From Candidatus Collierbacteria bacterium (GTDB taxonomy: Bacteria > Patescibacteriota > Microgenomatia > UBA1400 > MFAQ01): a stretch of DNA of 64,000 nt. Shown here piece after piece: positions 62,293-64,000 of this stretch. The notes under the pieces are model-generated. The model made no database searches, was not told where the DNA came from, and saw only the letters and a list, made by a program, of their open reading frames with translations. Position 1 is the first letter of the stretch; the number at the start of each line of letters is the position of its first letter. A program made the translations under genes and the position numbers. The stretch is from NCBI GenBank assembly GCA_903884375.1, contig CAISER010000006.1, positions 1,080-65,079 of the forward strand. Reading direction: 5' to 3'.

Positions 62293-63849
62293 TTAACTGG
62301 CAATTTCGGCTGCACGTGTTTCACGAATAACATTAACTTTGACTGTCCCAGGAAAAGTCATCGTTGAACGAATTTCATCACGAATGGCTTGAGCAAGAAT
62401 TGATAATTGATCATCACCAGCCTTACCAGGATTAACAATAACGCGGATTTCCCTACCGGCGGAAATAGCATAGGCTTCTTCAACTTCTGGATGTTTTTTG
62501 GCAATTTCTTCAAGTTGCTTAATGCGTTTCCCATATTCTTCAGTATTTTCATGACGTGCGCCAGGACGAGAGCCGGAGATAGCATCAGAGATATAAACAA
62601 GCATAGATTCAACAGAAGAAAACTCTTCATCCTCATGATGTTGAGCAACACAATCGATAACGTTTTGAGGGAGATTATATTTTTTTAGGAAGTTCACGCC
62701 CAGCTCGACATGATTACCTTCACCCTCGATCACCTTGCCGATATCGTGCAGAAGACAACCAAGTCGGATGGTGTCAATATTGGCACCTACTTCGTTTCCG
62801 AGTTTGATACCGATTCTGGTTTCTTCTAAGGTGTGACTTATCATGTTTTGGCCGTAGGAAGTTCGAAATTTAAAACGACCCAAAACAGCAATGACATCAC
62901 GAGGCATATTGTAGACACCAACGGCATGACAAAGTTTTTGACCTTCTTGGAACATTAATTGTTCCACATCACGTCTGGCTCTATCAAAATATTCTTCGAT
63001 ACGAGCAGGGTGGATACGACCGTCTTTGATTAACCGAATTAAAGTAACTCGAGCGATTTCACGTCTTATCGGATCAAAACTTGATAGTTTTACTTCGTCG
63101 GGAGCATCGTCCATGGAGACATCACATCCAGATACTTTTTCAAAGATACGAATATTACGCCCATCTTTACCAATAATACGTCCTTTTGTTTCTTCATCGG
63201 GTATTGGAACTGTAGAGATGGTGTACTCAGCGACATAATCAGTAGCTCCAGCTCTCATGGAATCAACAAGAATTTCTCTAGCGAGATCTTCGGCTTCATT
63301 TTTGGCTTTTTCTTCTGTTTCTTTGATGATTCTAGCGATTTCTTGAGATGAACCTTTTTCTACTTGAGTGAGTAATTCTTTTTTGGCTTGTTCGGTGGTT
63401 AGAGAAGCAATTTTTTCGAGTTTTTTAGCCATAGCAATTTCTTGCTCGACGATTTTGGCTTTCATCTCTTCAGCTTGTTTTTGTTGTGCCTCAAGAGATA
63501 ATTTTTCTTTATTTACTTGATCTTCAAGAGCTTGAAGTCCTTGCTGTTTTTGAACTAAAGCTTTGGCACGAACTTCGATATCTTCCAACTGAATACGGGC
63601 ATCTTTGATTGCCTGATCCTTAAGTTTAAAGGCTTCATCTTTGGCGGCAAGAATTATCTCTCTGGCTTGATTTTGTGCCTGAGCTTGAGCTTGTGCCATA
63701 ATAACGGCAGTGTCAACAGAGGGAGCAACTACCTTTGGTTCTTCTTTTTTGGCAGCTATAGGCTCAGAAGTGGCACTTTTTTTGGCAGACTGAACCTCGG
63801 CAGAGGTTGCTTTGAATAGATTTGTTTTAAATATTGATAGTAAAGACAT
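62293..63849 (-). CDS. rny: Ribonuclease Y
   Basis: Coiled coil, KH KGRIIGKDGRNIR, RTSYGQN, LLHDIGK, DAISGSRPGAR, AGREIR. Confidence 0.97.
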   Translation of the reverse strand: MSLLSIFKTNLFKATSAEVQSAKKSATSEPIAAKKEEPKVVAPSVDTAVIMAQAQAQAQNQAREIILAAKDEAFKLKDQAIKDARIQLEDIEVRAKALVQKQQGLQALEDQVNKEKLSLEAQQKQAEEMKAKIVEQEIAMAKKLEKIASLTTEQAKKELLTQVEKGSSQEIARIIKETEEKAKNEAEDLAREILVDSMRAGATDYVAEYTISTVPIPDEETKGRIIGKDGRNIRIFEKVSGCDVSMDDAPDEVKLSSFDPIRREIARVTLIRLIKDGRIHPARIEEYFDRARRDVEQLMFQEGQKLCHAVGVYNMPRDVIAVLGRFKFRTSYGQNMISHTLEETRIGIKLGNEVGANIDTIRLGCLLHDIGKVIEGEGNHVELGVNFLKKYNLPQNVIDCVAQHHEDEEFSSVESMLVYISDAISGSRPGARHENTEEYGKRIKQLEEIAKKHPEVEEAYAISAGREIRVIVNPGKAGDDQLSILAQAIRDEIRSTMTFPGTVKVNVIRETRAAEIAS

Positions 63850-63873
63850 TGGTTTAGATGCAAAATATTAAAC

Positions 63874-63993
63874 CTAGTCTAAGAACCTGCCCGGAAATAT
63901 CGCAAAATCAGTCGTAAAATGACTGTGTTGAGTTTATTTTGGTATTGCTTATAGCGAACATTGCGTAATTTAAAGATAGACTTCTTAGATTAG
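63874..63993. ncRNA. Candidate rod-shaped structured RNA upstream of rny
   Basis: 12-bp terminal inverted repeat (11/12) plus nested inner pairings. Confidence 0.4.
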
Positions 63994-64000
63994 TAACCAT

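Noticed and set aside
529-63238. Many 60-150 aa ORFs antisense to or nested in long genes (e.g. 838-1110, 22778-23221, 28898-29290, 55985-56407)
   Set aside because: They are shadows of well-supported genes, with no motifs or independent signals
1-64000. Alternative genetic code (TGA recoded as Gly)
   Set aside because: Conserved genes are full length under code 11 and several end in TGA with ATGA/TGATG overlaps

Overview
A gene-dense, AT-rich bacterial chromosome segment in genetic code 11 (TGA is used as stop). Gene content and style suggest Patescibacteria/CPR, probably Microgenomates; this is inference, not a database result. The backbone is housekeeping: nfo, cyclophilin, secA, serS, greA, proS, lgt, lon, dtd, rarA, gltX, rel, CCA enzyme, secDF, miaA, miaB, HU and rny, plus tRNA-Glu(CTC), tRNA-Gln(CTG) and a reduced RNase P RNA. 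Many transcription units look leaderless (TANNNT 5-9 nt before the start codon). The most notable region starts at tRNA-Gln. A 122-bp, ~94% identical, internally structured direct repeat (27568-27689 and 34714-34835) begins with the tRNA 3' end and finishes with the last codons of a large serine recombinase gene. The two copies bracket a 7,146-bp recombinase-less cargo unit: two metallophosphoesterases, Cys-rich and Spy/CpxP-like exported proteins, and a two-component system with three visible binding boxes. Next comes a compact module of recombinase, TerS-like HTH and ParB-DNA methyltransferase, preceded by a structured ~190-nt leader. A second paralogous two-component system with different boxes lies next to a MacAB-like transporter. 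tRNA-Glu carries a 147-bp mini-element that duplicates its 3' end. Other oddities are an unannotated 46-aa zinc-ribbon gene, a CCA enzyme with a zinc-ribbon insertion and an NxD motif, MiaB without TRAM, RNase Y without a TM helix, and a rod-like candidate ncRNA upstream of rny.
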